From Nitrospirota bacterium (lineage in GTDB: Bacteria > Nitrospirota > Thermodesulfovibrionia > Thermodesulfovibrionales > Dissulfurispiraceae): a stretch of DNA of 64,000 nt. The DNA is taken from contig CAVPZX010000004.1 of assembly GCA_963710375.1 (NCBI GenBank), forward strand, positions 1-64,000. The letters are read 5' to 3'. The first letter of the stretch is position 1. Each line of letters starts with the position of its first letter. Below the pieces are notes generated by a model. It searched no databases. It was not told the origin of the DNA and was given only the letters and a program-made list of their open reading frames with translations. Position numbers and translations under genes: made by a program. Shown here in pieces: positions 20,396-29,721 of this stretch.

Positions 20396-21058
20396 CTAAG
20401 TATCAGGTTTGTTTTGGTTTGTTTTTTTCATTCCGGTAAATATGCTCTTATCAAGCGGAAACACCTCCGGGTTGAATATGGAATCGTAGATATGCCATAT
20501 CGCTATAAGAAGAAAAATCAGCATAGCGTCGTTGGTGTGAATCACCTTGGAGACCGGGATGAATTGTCCCGGAAAGTATTTCGCAGCGGTGATCGGGAAC
20601 CAGAGGATGAACCCCGTGGTGATCATCTGGACGCCCCCGAGCAGGATGAACCAATATACAAATTTTTCCTTGTAGTTATACTTGCCGTACATCGCGGGCC
20701 GGCCGGCCATCCCCAGACAATATTTGACATTATGCAGCGCATCCTGGATGTCTTTCACGGCAATAAGCATCGAGGTCTCCCAATGCAGGAAAACGACGCC
20801 AACAAAAGCGGCGATTATGTGCTGCAAGGTAAGCGCCATGAATATTACGGCAGCTGTATGGTGAATGGCCCTTACGTTATCGATACCCCCGAGTGATGTA
20901 ATAATTAACTGCGAAATACCAAGGGAGTAAAACTTCTGTGGGAGCCCTGTCATTGCCAGGACCGTGATACAGGCAATCAACAGCAGGTGTTCGACAATAC
21001 GGTACACGCCGAACTTTCTGAAGTGATTTTCGCTTTCTGTTAAATTAACTGACTCCAT
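20396..21058 (-). CDS. Di-heme cytochrome b (FdnI/CbcB-like)
   Basis: EH...TGLPQKF, IHH, KYNYKEKFVYW, TGFILWFP, IH and WHIY heme-ligating His pattern. Confidence 0.88.
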   Translation of the reverse strand: MESVNLTESENHFRKFGVYRIVEHLLLIACITVLAMTGLPQKFYSLGISQLIITSLGGIDNVRAIHHTAAVIFMALTLQHIIAAFVGVVFLHWETSMLIAVKDIQDALHNVKYCLGMAGRPAMYGKYNYKEKFVYWFILLGGVQMITTGFILWFPITAAKYFPGQFIPVSKVIHTNDAMLIFLLIAIWHIYDSIFNPEVFPLDKSIFTGMKKTNQNKPDT

Positions 21059-21069
21059 TGTATCCTTTC

Positions 21070-22546
21070 CTACCTGTTCGAAAGGTATCGCCATATCTGA
21101 AGCAGTACCTGGAACAGCAGCCCCGCTACCATCAGCGGCATTATGATCTTATAGAACTGTTCTGTTATAAAGACCAGAGGCGCTACCCTGAGGCTCGGTT
21201 TATAATGGGAAAGCCATGCATCCGGGAAGTTTGAAGTTGCATTACGGTGGCATTTCTGGCAACGCTTCAGCAGGTTGGCCTTCAAAACCTGAACGTCTGC
21301 CCCTGAAACACCGGCGATCTCATGCGTACCGTGGCAATCCGTGCAAACAGCCATGGGCGGATTAGGCCGGTAGCCCTTCGGCGCCTCCTTGCGCTGGAGG
21401 CCGAGGGTCATGCCGTGGAAATCGGAGAGATAGGTCTTTACCACATCCGTGGACAGGCCGTATTTACCCATAAGGGCCCGGTTCGAATGACACTTGCCGC
21501 ACATTTCCGGTATGTAATCATGAAAAGCCGATGAGGTGGGATTCTTTATGCTGTGGGCCGAATGGCAGTCGATACAGATCGGTACGTCTCTATTGTTCAC
21601 ATTGAGCAGGGCCTTGCCGTGGATGCTCTTCGCGTAAGCATCGTAAATTTCACCATGGCACTTCCTGCATTTCATCACAGCCAGGGACCTGTTGTCGCTG
21701 AGGGATGAAACAGCGTGCCCCCCGTGGCAATCAATGCATGTTGGAGCGTCCAGCCTCCCTGTGCTAAGCATATTATAGTGGATGCTTTCAGAGACCTTTG
21801 CATACTTATCGAAATGGCACTTCCTGCACATCTCTGCGGATGAAATCCGGTATTCCCGTTGGTACCTGAACCTTCTCTGCGGATGGTTCTCCTGGGAAAA
21901 ACCGAAGTGACAATCGGAACAGCCCATGTTCTTATGAGGTGAGTCCCTGAGTTCGGCGATATTGACACGCAATGAGATACTCTCCCTGTCGTTGAAATCC
22001 ATCTTTGTTTCCCGGGAATGGCAACGCAGGCAATATTTCTCCTCCCCGGCCGACGCGTTGCCGCCTACCACAGGGGTGACTGCATGAGCGCTGTGGCAAT
22101 TGGTGCAAACGACCGCTTCTCCTGCTCTTTCTTTCCTGAACAGGGAATCATGTACGGCCACAGACCTGATGGTCCCTTCTTTATGGCAATCCCTGCAGAC
22201 GTGCGACTCCTTTATCCGGTACTGAAGTTTGTTCCTGAATGACCGCTCGGGATGGTACTGGAGAGAGAACTCCTTATGGCACGCGGTACAGCGGAGAGTT
22301 CTGTGCACCGACGCGGCAAAAGCCCGGGGATCCACGTAAGTCGAGATGAAATCTCCGTCAGAGAATTTTTTTATCGATCCCTTTTCCCCATGGCACTTAA
22401 GGCACTGATTCCTTTCGTCTTCATCTGCATTACCCTGGGCGAGGGAAGGCTGACCGCAAAGTGCAAAGCAGACAAGGAGCACCGTACATACAATACACGC
22501 GGCAGACTCTCATCCTGCCTGAGTTATTATTAATTGTCGTTTCCAT
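21070..22546 (-). CDS. Membrane-anchored 13-heme cytochrome c, probable +1 frameshift in the signal peptide
   Basis: 13 CxxCH motifs counted; C-terminal TM helix. The METTINNNSGRMR N-terminus (ATG 22546) joins the frame if one base in 22483-22509 is removed; otherwise the start is GTG 22482. Confidence 0.88.
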
Positions 22547-22580
22547 TCGCCTATAGCCATTTGCCCACAGCCTGTTCTTT

Positions 22581-23837
22581 TCAGTGTGTGCCCTTGTATC
22601 CGGGTAGTTCACGAGTAACCGGGAACCTGTTCATTATCCATCTGAAAACAAGCATCTGGAACGTAATCATTGCCAGAACCATCGTGATCTCCGTCCATGG
22701 AGGAATTATTTGGTGAAGATGGTTAGGCAGGAACCAATTAAAGGTTATAATATTTACGTTGACCCTGTTCAGCACTGTTCCGACTACGGCATATAGCGCT
22801 GCCAACTGTACCAGCCCGATCTTTTCGAGCTTGACCCCGATTGTGAACATGACCATGGGTATTGCCACGAAACCGATCAACTCCACGAGATACCAGTATC
22901 CGTATGGAGTAAACAGCAACCCCCACCGGTTGTCCTGTGCTATGGCAAGAATCTTGAGAGCGAAATAAACATACATCGCCAGGGCTGCTCCTTTGCCCAA
23001 ACCACGCATAAGTGCGGGGGCGCCGTCGAGGAACTCCGCGTCGCATCTGTCTCTGAAATAGCGCACGGAGACAAAGACAAGCAGCAGCGCAAAGGACATT
23101 GCAGTATAAACAGACGAACTGAAAAACAGCAGGGGAAGTTGTCCCGAGTACCACAAAGGATGAACCTTTCCAGGGGTTAGGAGATACAGGGCGCCCAAAG
23201 CCGACTGGTGCACGGTCGAGAGGATGACTCCGCCGATAATAAGGCCCACGGTTACGGAAACCGCCCACTTGTGCAATCTCCTTGCTTCGAGCCACTCGAG
23301 AAGGGCGGGAGAGAACTCTAAAAGCTGCACCGTAATGTAAAGGACCACATGCCATGCTACTATGAAGAGGATTGACGATGTTCCGAAATTGATGAACATC
23401 GGGTAATAGATGCGCCAAGGCCGTCCCAGGTCAATAAGGAGATACGAGGCGGCAAAAATGTATCCTAACATGCCTCCCAGAACGGCAACGCGAACAAAAG
23501 GGCGGTATGATTTCATTCCGAACAGGTAATATGCTGCTGCCACTACGAATCCTGCTGCATACATAGGCTCACTGGCAAAGATTCCCCAACTCAGCAGGAT
23601 TCCCCAGGGGTATGCACTCGTGCTGTCAATTACCGAGGCAAGTCCCTGCGTGTACCGCATGTAAAAAACCGGCGCCGAGACCAAGAGTATCAGCATGCTC
23701 GCGAGGTTGAAAGGGGTGGCAAGGGAGCGGGAATAGTCTTCAACGCTCATGCCCATAAACAGCTTGTTCATGAACCAGACCCGAAACTCGCCGGAAGTGG
23801 AGGCAGTTTGCGCCGTGTCCTGGATGTTGTTACTCAT
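22581..23837 (-). CDS. NrfD/PsrC-family quinol-interacting membrane subunit (HmcC/HybB-like)
   Basis: YPWG, DLGRPWR, STVHQSALG and HPLWY. Confidence 0.9.
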   Translation of the reverse strand: MSNNIQDTAQTASTSGEFRVWFMNKLFMGMSVEDYSRSLATPFNLASMLILLVSAPVFYMRYTQGLASVIDSTSAYPWGILLSWGIFASEPMYAAGFVVAAAYYLFGMKSYRPFVRVAVLGGMLGYIFAASYLLIDLGRPWRIYYPMFINFGTSSILFIVAWHVVLYITVQLLEFSPALLEWLEARRLHKWAVSVTVGLIIGGVILSTVHQSALGALYLLTPGKVHPLWYSGQLPLLFFSSSVYTAMSFALLLVFVSVRYFRDRCDAEFLDGAPALMRGLGKGAALAMYVYFALKILAIAQDNRWGLLFTPYGYWYLVELIGFVAIPMVMFTIGVKLEKIGLVQLAALYAVVGTVLNRVNVNIITFNWFLPNHLHQIIPPWTEITMVLAMITFQMLVFRWIMNRFPVTRELPGYKGTH

Positions 23838-24807
23838 GTCCCACCTCCTTGTGCTGCTTCGCCTGTTCTTCTTTGCTTGCTGCCTGCTCGTTATGGCGCA
23901 TAACGGCATATACCATGCCGAAGATCGCGGGAAACGTAGTGAAAATCACCGGGACGGTAGACATATAACCCTTGGAAAGCTCGATCAGGGGCTTTTCCGG
24001 AAGGTCAGTGGGGAAGCCTAGCTGTTCAAAGGGCACGCCGGAAATATAGAGCCACGAGGTGCCTCCAACTTCGCGCTCACCATAAATATGGTCTATGTAT
24101 TTTTCGGGGCTCTCTATTATTCTCTTCCGCGCCAGTTTGAGCAGATCCGCCCTCCTGCCGAAAGTTAGTGCGCCCGCAGGACACGCTTCGGCGCAGGCCG
24201 GTATTTTGCCTTCTTTAATCCGCCCGAAACATAAAATGCATTTTACTATCTTTGCATCGAGGGGGCTGCTATAGTCATAGGCCGGGATGTTGAATGGGCA
24301 CGCAACAACACAATATCTGCAGCCAAAGCATAGGTCTTTATTGTATATAACAGCCCCTTCCGGGGTTTTTGTGTACGCATGAATAGGGCATGCGGTGGCG
24401 CATGCCGGCTCCAGACAATGGTTGCACTGGATCTTCCTGAATAGAGGTCTGGAGGGGTCCGCGGAATTCGTGTAGCGGTTTACCACAGTATAGGCACTGG
24501 CGGAAGGCCAGCGGCTCTCTTCGAATACCGAGGCATCATCGAACGGCTTTTCAGGCGCCGGCATCCGGTTGGCTTCATTGCATGCCTTTTCGCAGCTCCT
24601 GCACCCTACGCATGCTGTAAAATCAGTCAGCATGCCGTAACTCTTAGGCCAACCCTTGAATTCAGGTGAACCCTGGCCCTGGGCGGAGTGGGCAATAGCA
24701 GGTGTCCCAAGGGCTGCAGCCCCCGCCAATAGAGATATGGAAAGAAAGCTCCGCCTGGTGAGATGGATTGGGCCTTCCGGCGGCTGGGGCCTCTTACTGT
24801 CTGGCAT
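23830..24807 (-). CDS. Tat-exported 4Fe-4S protein (HmcB/HybA-like)
   Basis: TRRSFL Tat motif; CVGCRSCEKAC, CNHCLEPACATACP, CFGCRYCVVACP and CILC...CAEACP; C-terminal TM helix. Confidence 0.9.
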   Translation of the reverse strand: MPDSKRPQPPEGPIHLTRRSFLSISLLAGAAALGTPAIAHSAQGQGSPEFKGWPKSYGMLTDFTACVGCRSCEKACNEANRMPAPEKPFDDASVFEESRWPSASAYTVVNRYTNSADPSRPLFRKIQCNHCLEPACATACPIHAYTKTPEGAVIYNKDLCFGCRYCVVACPFNIPAYDYSSPLDAKIVKCILCFGRIKEGKIPACAEACPAGALTFGRRADLLKLARKRIIESPEKYIDHIYGEREVGGTSWLYISGVPFEQLGFPTDLPEKPLIELSKGYMSTVPVIFTTFPAIFGMVYAVMRHNEQAASKEEQAKQHKEVGHE

Positions 24808-24835
24808 AAATGTGACCTCCTTCTTTTTCATTTGC

Positions 24836-25294
24836 TCATTTCTTGGCATGGCATGTGTTAACGCATCCCTTGGGTGAGTCGCCCAGGTCTCCCATTCCCA
24901 CGTGGCACATGAAGCATTTCTTATGAAGCGCGACCTTGAGGTCGGGCATTCCCGGTGTGTCAGGCGAATACTCTCCATGGCAGGCGCTGCATGGCATAAA
25001 CATACCGTTCGCCGCCGCTTTTAAAATTTTATTGGCCTGAGTGTGGCAATCACCGCATGTCTCATAAGTCTTTTTTGCATGAGTGTGGTGGCATATTCCG
25101 CAATTTTCGGCCAGAGTTGTGTGCTTTTTATGGTCAAAAGTGACGGGACCGTACCTGTTCTGAATATCTTTGATGATGATGACGTCGGGTATCTTCTTCA
25201 CGTCACCCCATGACGGCGACCCGGATGCGACTGCAACCAAACCCATCACAACGTAGGCCAACAGCCACCGAGTTTTGCCGCTATACTTTCTCAT
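24836..25294 (-). CDS. Class III (c3-like) multiheme cytochrome
   Basis: Signal peptide; FDHKKH; four CxxCH plus one CxxxCH. Confidence 0.88.
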   Translation of the reverse strand: MRKYSGKTRWLLAYVVMGLVAVASGSPSWGDVKKIPDVIIIKDIQNRYGPVTFDHKKHTTLAENCGICHHTHAKKTYETCGDCHTQANKILKAAANGMFMPCSACHGEYSPDTPGMPDLKVALHKKCFMCHVGMGDLGDSPKGCVNTCHAKK

Positions 25295-25661
25295 CCCTTT
25301 TTGCCCCCCTGGACTTTCTGGATTTCCTGCTGCCCATAAAGTAGGCGCGCACAGGACTCCATTCACCTGACATTACCGTTGCACGCGGCGCGACCGCACC
25401 CAGTATAAAAAGAAAGGGCAGCGACACGAGATAAATCATCAAGTATACGGGCGCCATTGTGATGTTCCTGACTGTTTGTAAAACCCTCCCTCTCTCCTGG
25501 CCCTTGATAAATCTGGCGTCATCAGCCGCCGCTTGCAGCAACCCCTCGAAAGGCTTCGGTTTCAGTATCTGGTAAAATACGATAAAACCCAGGATGGATA
25601 AAAGCGAAAACCCGTACTGTGCCGCATTTACATTAGTGATAAAATCGAAAAGCGTGTGCAT
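25281..25661 (-). CDS. Small membrane protein with HmcD-like N-terminus
   Basis: MHTLFDFIT...Y + TM helix resembles HmcD (from memory); basic C-terminus. Confidence 0.6.
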   Translation of the reverse strand: MHTLFDFITNVNAAQYGFSLLSILGFIVFYQILKPKPFEGLLQAAADDARFIKGQERGRVLQTVRNITMAPVYLMIYLVSLPFLFILGAVAPRATVMSGEWSPVRAYFMGSRKSRKSRGAKRDEKV

Positions 25662-25676
25662 ACTATGCCTCCCGGC

Positions 25677-26054
25677 TTATTTTTTACGGCTGCCCAAGGC
25701 AGCGCCAGAATCCTTTTCTGATGATCCCGACCGAGTAGAATTAAAAAATCCGTTTCTGCCGTCGAATCTGCTGCAAACCCGGATACCGGTTGAAGCAGCC
25801 GCGGCCAGGGTGAAGATAACCGGTACCACCCATGAAATAAAGAATACGCCTATCCCAAAGAGCGGCAGGAAAATCACATACATCATTCCGATGAGAGGAG
25901 CGATAGCAATAAGGCCTAACGGTGACATTCTCAGATAATGAGCGTTTTCATCACCCGGAAGTTTGCCAGAGTTCCGCACATCGACTCGCCGGCCGTCCAG
26001 GGGGCTCCAGTACAACCCCTTTTCCACAAGGGTTCCACCTTTATACGTGACCAT
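25677..26054 (-). CDS. Small membrane protein
   Basis: YKGG...KGLYW N-terminus, TM hairpin APLIGMMYVIFLP, good RBS. Confidence 0.7.
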   Translation of the reverse strand: MVTYKGGTLVEKGLYWSPLDGRRVDVRNSGKLPGDENAHYLRMSPLGLIAIAPLIGMMYVIFLPLFGIGVFFISWVVPVIFTLAAAASTGIRVCSRFDGRNGFFNSTRSGSSEKDSGAALGSRKK

Positions 26055-26101
26055 TTCCTCACCTCTTCCCGGATGTCCGGGCGTGTTTTAACAGAACACT
26101 T

Positions 26102-26485
26102 CTATTGTTTTTCCTTCTTCTCCTCGTCTGAGGTTGTCCTTGTCTTTCTCTTCTTTGTCTTTGTGCCGGACATGTATGCCGTGGTAGGAGCATACCCGAA
26201 TGTAGCGGTCCTGCCGAACAGGTCCCTTAAAAGGCTGAAGCATGCTATTCCAACTGCGCAGAGTGCTCCTATCATCGCAATTGTCCCGGCAAAGACCACC
26301 AAGCCCATTCCGTAAGGGAATGCAACCGATAGCACGAATCCAAAAATACCGAGGACAATAAGCGCTGTTCGTCCTGACATCAAACCTTTTTTCCCGCCAG
26401 ACTGAGTAGTCTCTTTCTGAGATTCGTCGCTCCTGGTGACGAATGCCATCCCCTCATCATCCAACTGCTGACTCTGTGTAATCAT
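26102..26485 (-). CDS. Small membrane protein, first gene of the redox cluster
   Basis: AAGGAGG RBS, two TM helices, basic tail. Confidence 0.7.
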   Translation of the reverse strand: MITQSQQLDDEGMAFVTRSDESQKETTQSGGKKGLMSGRTALIVLGIFGFVLSVAFPYGMGLVVFAGTIAMIGALCAVGIACFSLLRDLFGRTATFGYAPTTAYMSGTKTKKRKTRTTSDEEKKEKQ

Positions 26486-26547
26486 TGTCCTGTCCTCCTT
26501 TTTGGTTTTCTTAAGTTTATGATAACAATCTGCAGATGGAATGAAAA

Positions 26548-26607
26548 TCGGTGGTCTTTCCTATTTTTATAGGAAAATATACCTACTTAGATAGGAAAAT
26601 TATCCTA
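26548..26607. promoter_or_regulatory. Three tandem TAGG-N8-CCTA operator sites at 22-bp spacing
   Basis: TCGG-TGGTCTTT-CCTA (26548), TAGG-AAAATATA-CCTA (26570) and TAGG-AAAATTAT-CCTA (26592). Confidence 0.7.
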
Positions 26608-26632
26608 GAGCCGGTTTTTAATGACGTACTCA

Positions 26633-26792
26633 GACGGTTTCGTAAAAAATTCATAGGCAAGGCGCGCAAATCCTGAGGAATGAGGCGTACTTTGTGTACG
26701 CCGCACGGGGTCCCCAAAAGCCGAAGTCTTTTGGGGTGCGAGTGACGAAGGGTGCAGCGCAACGCAGCATATGGACTTTTTACGAAACCGTC
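26633..26792. mobile_element. MITE-like element with about 23-bp terminal inverted repeats and an internal hairpin
   Basis: gacggtttcgtaaaaaattcata ... tatggactttttacgaaaccgtc; internal ccccaaaag/cttttgggg stem. Confidence 0.7.
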
Positions 26793-26793
26793 C

Positions 26794-27324
26794 TTATTTG
26801 ATCATGCTTTCCGCTATTCTGATCAGTTCGAAAGGAGAGGACATATAAAGTACCGTAAAGTAAAGGTCACCTTCCTGCCACGATATCCTGCTGCAGGGAA
26901 TCCCTTTATCACACGTGCCGACCAGGAGGCGGGCCATCCTTCCTTTCAGACGATATGGAATATCTTCGGTCAGTTTGGACAACCTTGTTCTCTGAAGCTG
27001 CGATTCGCTATCCCGCCGGGATGTCTGGATTACACTCAACACCGTCTCTCCGGCTTTCGCTTCCCTGAATTCGAGTACCAACGCCTTATAAGGATCTTTC
27101 TGCCCGAAGATAAAGGAAGGAGGCCATGATATGCCTTCCGGAAAATATTTGGGGACAAGTATGTTATCGAAACCAAGAGATCGTTTTGCCTCTTCGACTG
27201 AATCGTATTGCCGAGCAAAACCCTTCTGTATCGAGGAGGGCGTCCGGTTTAACGAAGCCAAAACCACGACGACACCCCCAACCATTATCATCATATATAG
27301 CAGACTGCGCATTTTTTTATCCAT
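26794..27324 (-). CDS. Membrane-anchored hypothetical protein
   Basis: N-terminal TM helix; VPKYFPEG motif; directly follows the M56 peptidase. Confidence 0.7.
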   Translation of the reverse strand: MDKKMRSLLYMMIMVGGVVVVLASLNRTPSSIQKGFARQYDSVEEAKRSLGFDNILVPKYFPEGISWPPSFIFGQKDPYKALVLEFREAKAGETVLSVIQTSRRDSESQLQRTRLSKLTEDIPYRLKGRMARLLVGTCDKGIPCSRISWQEGDLYFTVLYMSSPFELIRIAESMIK

Positions 27325-27335
27325 ATTGCCTTATA

Positions 27336-28343
27336 TTACACAACATAGTAGTTTATACCTATTATCAGCGCCATGGTTATGAAATAAGGGATCCCCCAGT
27401 GAGGTTCACTTTCCGGGCGTCGCCCGATTCGTCGGACCCTGCTTTTCAGAATTACATCGAGGCTGTATTGTTCAAATGCCGACACGATCTCTCTAAGACT
27501 CCGTCGATGTTTGGCCTGGCTGTATTCTTCAGGCGCAGGCCGGAGCATGTTTACCGCCTCAACGACAGCCTCCGGCTTCCCCGTCAGAGCAATTGCAATA
27601 TCGTCACAGACCTTTTCCTCTTCCTGGGCCAGTTTCCTGAATTCAATCATGGCTATAGGATTGTAAAACATAAGCGTGCGGATAATATATGCAAGGATAA
27701 GAATCGGCTTCCTGCTCCTCTGGATATGGCCGATCTCGTGCGCAAACGCCGCCTGCAAATGTGCGGTACTGAATGATTTTATCAACCCGGTGGAAACATA
27801 AATCCTGGGATTGAAGCCGGTATTGCTATAGAGAGCAAGGTCTTCATCATCAAAAATCTCAACACCGTTCTCACTAAACGGCAGTCCTGCCATGGCCCCT
27901 GCAACTTTCCGGACCATAGTACCATCCACTTTGTCAGCAACTGTTTCACCGGTCTCGCGCATTTGCTCCAGCTGGCTGATTACTATCGGCATAAGTTCCT
28001 GGAGTACAAAGATGATGGAAGTGATCGCAGGTATCACAAGCAGCACCTTTAATGCCGTTACACCGCCCCATACTTCGAGGAACAGCCATCTGTTGCTGTC
28101 CAGCAGGCTTCCGAGCCTGAAATAAACGTCGCCTCTGTCGGGAGATAACAACTGAAACATGGGGAAAGATACAACAGGCAAAAAAATTACCATAAAGCGG
28201 AACCGCTGCCTAACGCGAGGCGTTTTTAAATCCCACGCAATAAAGGCGCAGCCAATGAGCACAGAGGCAATCATCGAATGAAGCAGCATTTGAACGGCAT
28301 ACATTCCCCAGTACGAGGAAATAATTGAGTTCAGGCTCGACAC
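27336..28343 (-). CDS. M56/M48-type (BlaR1-like) membrane zinc peptidase
   Basis: AHEIGH, FYNP and EEEKVCDD; TM helices. Confidence 0.82.
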   Translation of the reverse strand: MSSLNSIISSYWGMYAVQMLLHSMIASVLIGCAFIAWDLKTPRVRQRFRFMVIFLPVVSFPMFQLLSPDRGDVYFRLGSLLDSNRWLFLEVWGGVTALKVLLVIPAITSIIFVLQELMPIVISQLEQMRETGETVADKVDGTMVRKVAGAMAGLPFSENGVEIFDDEDLALYSNTGFNPRIYVSTGLIKSFSTAHLQAAFAHEIGHIQRSRKPILILAYIIRTLMFYNPIAMIEFRKLAQEEEKVCDDIAIALTGKPEAVVEAVNMLRPAPEEYSQAKHRRSLREIVSAFEQYSLDVILKSRVRRIGRRPESEPHWGIPYFITMALIIGINYYVV

Positions 28344-28404
28344 GAATAAGTTTAGCAGTTCTTTTTGGTGAGATTCAATAACAGGGCCGGGATAAAAGCA
28401 AAAG

Positions 28405-28482
28405 ATGTTGGATGATGAATGTCAAATCATGAATGATAAATTACGGCAGTTTTCATTAATTCAACATTCAACATTCAACATT
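28405..28482. repeat. Hairpin of inverted heptamer repeats (ATGTTGA/TTCAACA type)
   Basis: Right arm attcaac x3; degenerate complementary left arm. Confidence 0.7.
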
Positions 28483-28496
28483 AATTTGCCGTTATT

Positions 28497-28877
28497 TTAA
28501 TGGCTGCAGCCTGAACCGCCATCATGTCCGGCGCATGTGAACTGCATTGTAAATTGCGGAAGTTCATGCTTTTTAAACAGTTCCACATTGTCCTTAACGC
28601 TTGGTTTCTGCGCCCGGAATACCTTTACTCCGTTCTGATTAAGTTTCATCAGGGCACCCCGGCCAATGCCGCCGACAATAATTCCATCCACGCTCTCCCC
28701 GTTTAATGCCATTACAGGATTGCAGGCCCCGTGCTCATGGATCTGATTTTTATTGATTATCGAAATTACCGCGCTCTTCTCTGTGTCAACTATAATAAAA
28801 AGAGGAGCGGAGCCGAAATGGCCGTAAACATCACTATTAATACCATTGTCCTCTGATACGGGAAAACAAAGTCTCAT
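28497..28877 (-). CDS. NifB/NifX-family (Nitro_FeMo-Co domain) protein
   Basis: GHFGSAP, HEHGACNP, GGIGRGA and C-terminal C-x-x-H...C-x-H. Confidence 0.9.
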   Translation of the reverse strand: MRLCFPVSEDNGINSDVYGHFGSAPLFIIVDTEKSAVISIINKNQIHEHGACNPVMALNGESVDGIIVGGIGRGALMKLNQNGVKVFRAQKPSVKDNVELFKKHELPQFTMQFTCAGHDGGSGCSH

Positions 28878-28905
28878 CGTGAATACCTCCAAAGGTTTAT
28901 TTAAC

Positions 28906-28993
28906 GAACATATGCTCATAATACATGGGACGATAATGTTATGTCAACTGCCCAAACAATTATGATCATTGATATGTTAAAAAACATATGCTT
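28906..28993. promoter_or_regulatory. Two copies of an ACATATGCT palindromic site in a divergent promoter
   Basis: GAACATATGCTCATAA at 28906 and AAACATATGCTTATAA at 28982. Confidence 0.6.
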
Positions 28994-29003
28994 ATAATAA
29001 AGT

Positions 29004-29282
29004 ATGTCAAGGCCCAGGAAGTGCAGACATATAAAATGCAAAATAAATGCTTACTACTTCAAGCCGAGAGGAATTCCCCTTGTTGACCTGGAAGACGTTG
29101 TTCTCAGCTTTGATGAACTTGAAGCTATCAGACTTGCGGACCATAAGGGACTTTACCACGAGAAGGCAGCCGCAGAAATGAAAGTGTCCCGTGCCACTTT
29201 TGGAAGGATTCTCAAAGAGGGCCGGAAAAAGGTGGCTGAGGCCCTTATTATGGGCAAGGCATTGAAGATCGATACTGTATAA
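29004..29282 (+). CDS. DUF134 (UPF0251) DNA-binding protein
   Basis: MSRPRKCR, FKPRGIP, ELEAIRLAD and M.VSRATF...GRKKVAEAL. Confidence 0.92.
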   Translation: MSRPRKCRHIKCKINAYYFKPRGIPLVDLEDVVLSFDELEAIRLADHKGLYHEKAAAEMKVSRATFGRILKEGRKKVAEALIMGKALKIDTV

Positions 29283-29304
29283 ATGATTGTTATTGGGGGT
29301 ACTG

Positions 29305-29721
29305 GTGAAAAGCAGCACTGATGAAGAGAGGGAGAACAGGCAGCTTTATACAATAGGCGTTGTAGCAGAGTTGATAGGCATCACGGAGCAGACTTTGAGG
29401 CTTTATGAAAAACACGGCCTTATTAAACCCGCCAGGCGAAATACGAGACGGCACTATTCAGATAACGACATCAAATGGCTTACCTGTGTCAGAGATTTGA
29501 TACACACCAAAAAAATAAGCATAGAGGGTATAAAAAAACTGCTCCTTTATGCACCTTGCTGGGAAATCACCGGGTGCCCTGAGGAAAAAAAGATCAGGTG
29601 CACTGCCCATGTTAATAAATCCAAGCCATGCTGGGAACTTAATAATGCAATATGTAATAAGGAATCCGGCAAACTTTGCAAAGATTGCATAGTCTATCTT
29701 GCCAAACAAAAGCAGACTTAG
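29305..29721 (+). CDS. MerR-family regulator with a Cys-rich C-terminal domain containing two CW motifs
   Basis: YTIGVVAELIG..QTLRLYEKHGLIKP; PCWE occurs twice; 7 Cys in the tail. Confidence 0.85.
   Translation: MKSSTDEERENRQLYTIGVVAELIGITEQTLRLYEKHGLIKPARRNTRRHYSDNDIKWLTCVRDLIHTKKISIEGIKKLLLYAPCWEITGCPEEKKIRCTAHVNKSKPCWELNNAICNKESGKLCKDCIVYLAKQKQT

Noticed and set aside
22510..22512. In-frame TGA upstream of the 13-heme cytochrome as selenocysteine or readthrough
   Set aside because: It lies in the signal-peptide region with no evident SECIS; a +1 indel explains it better.
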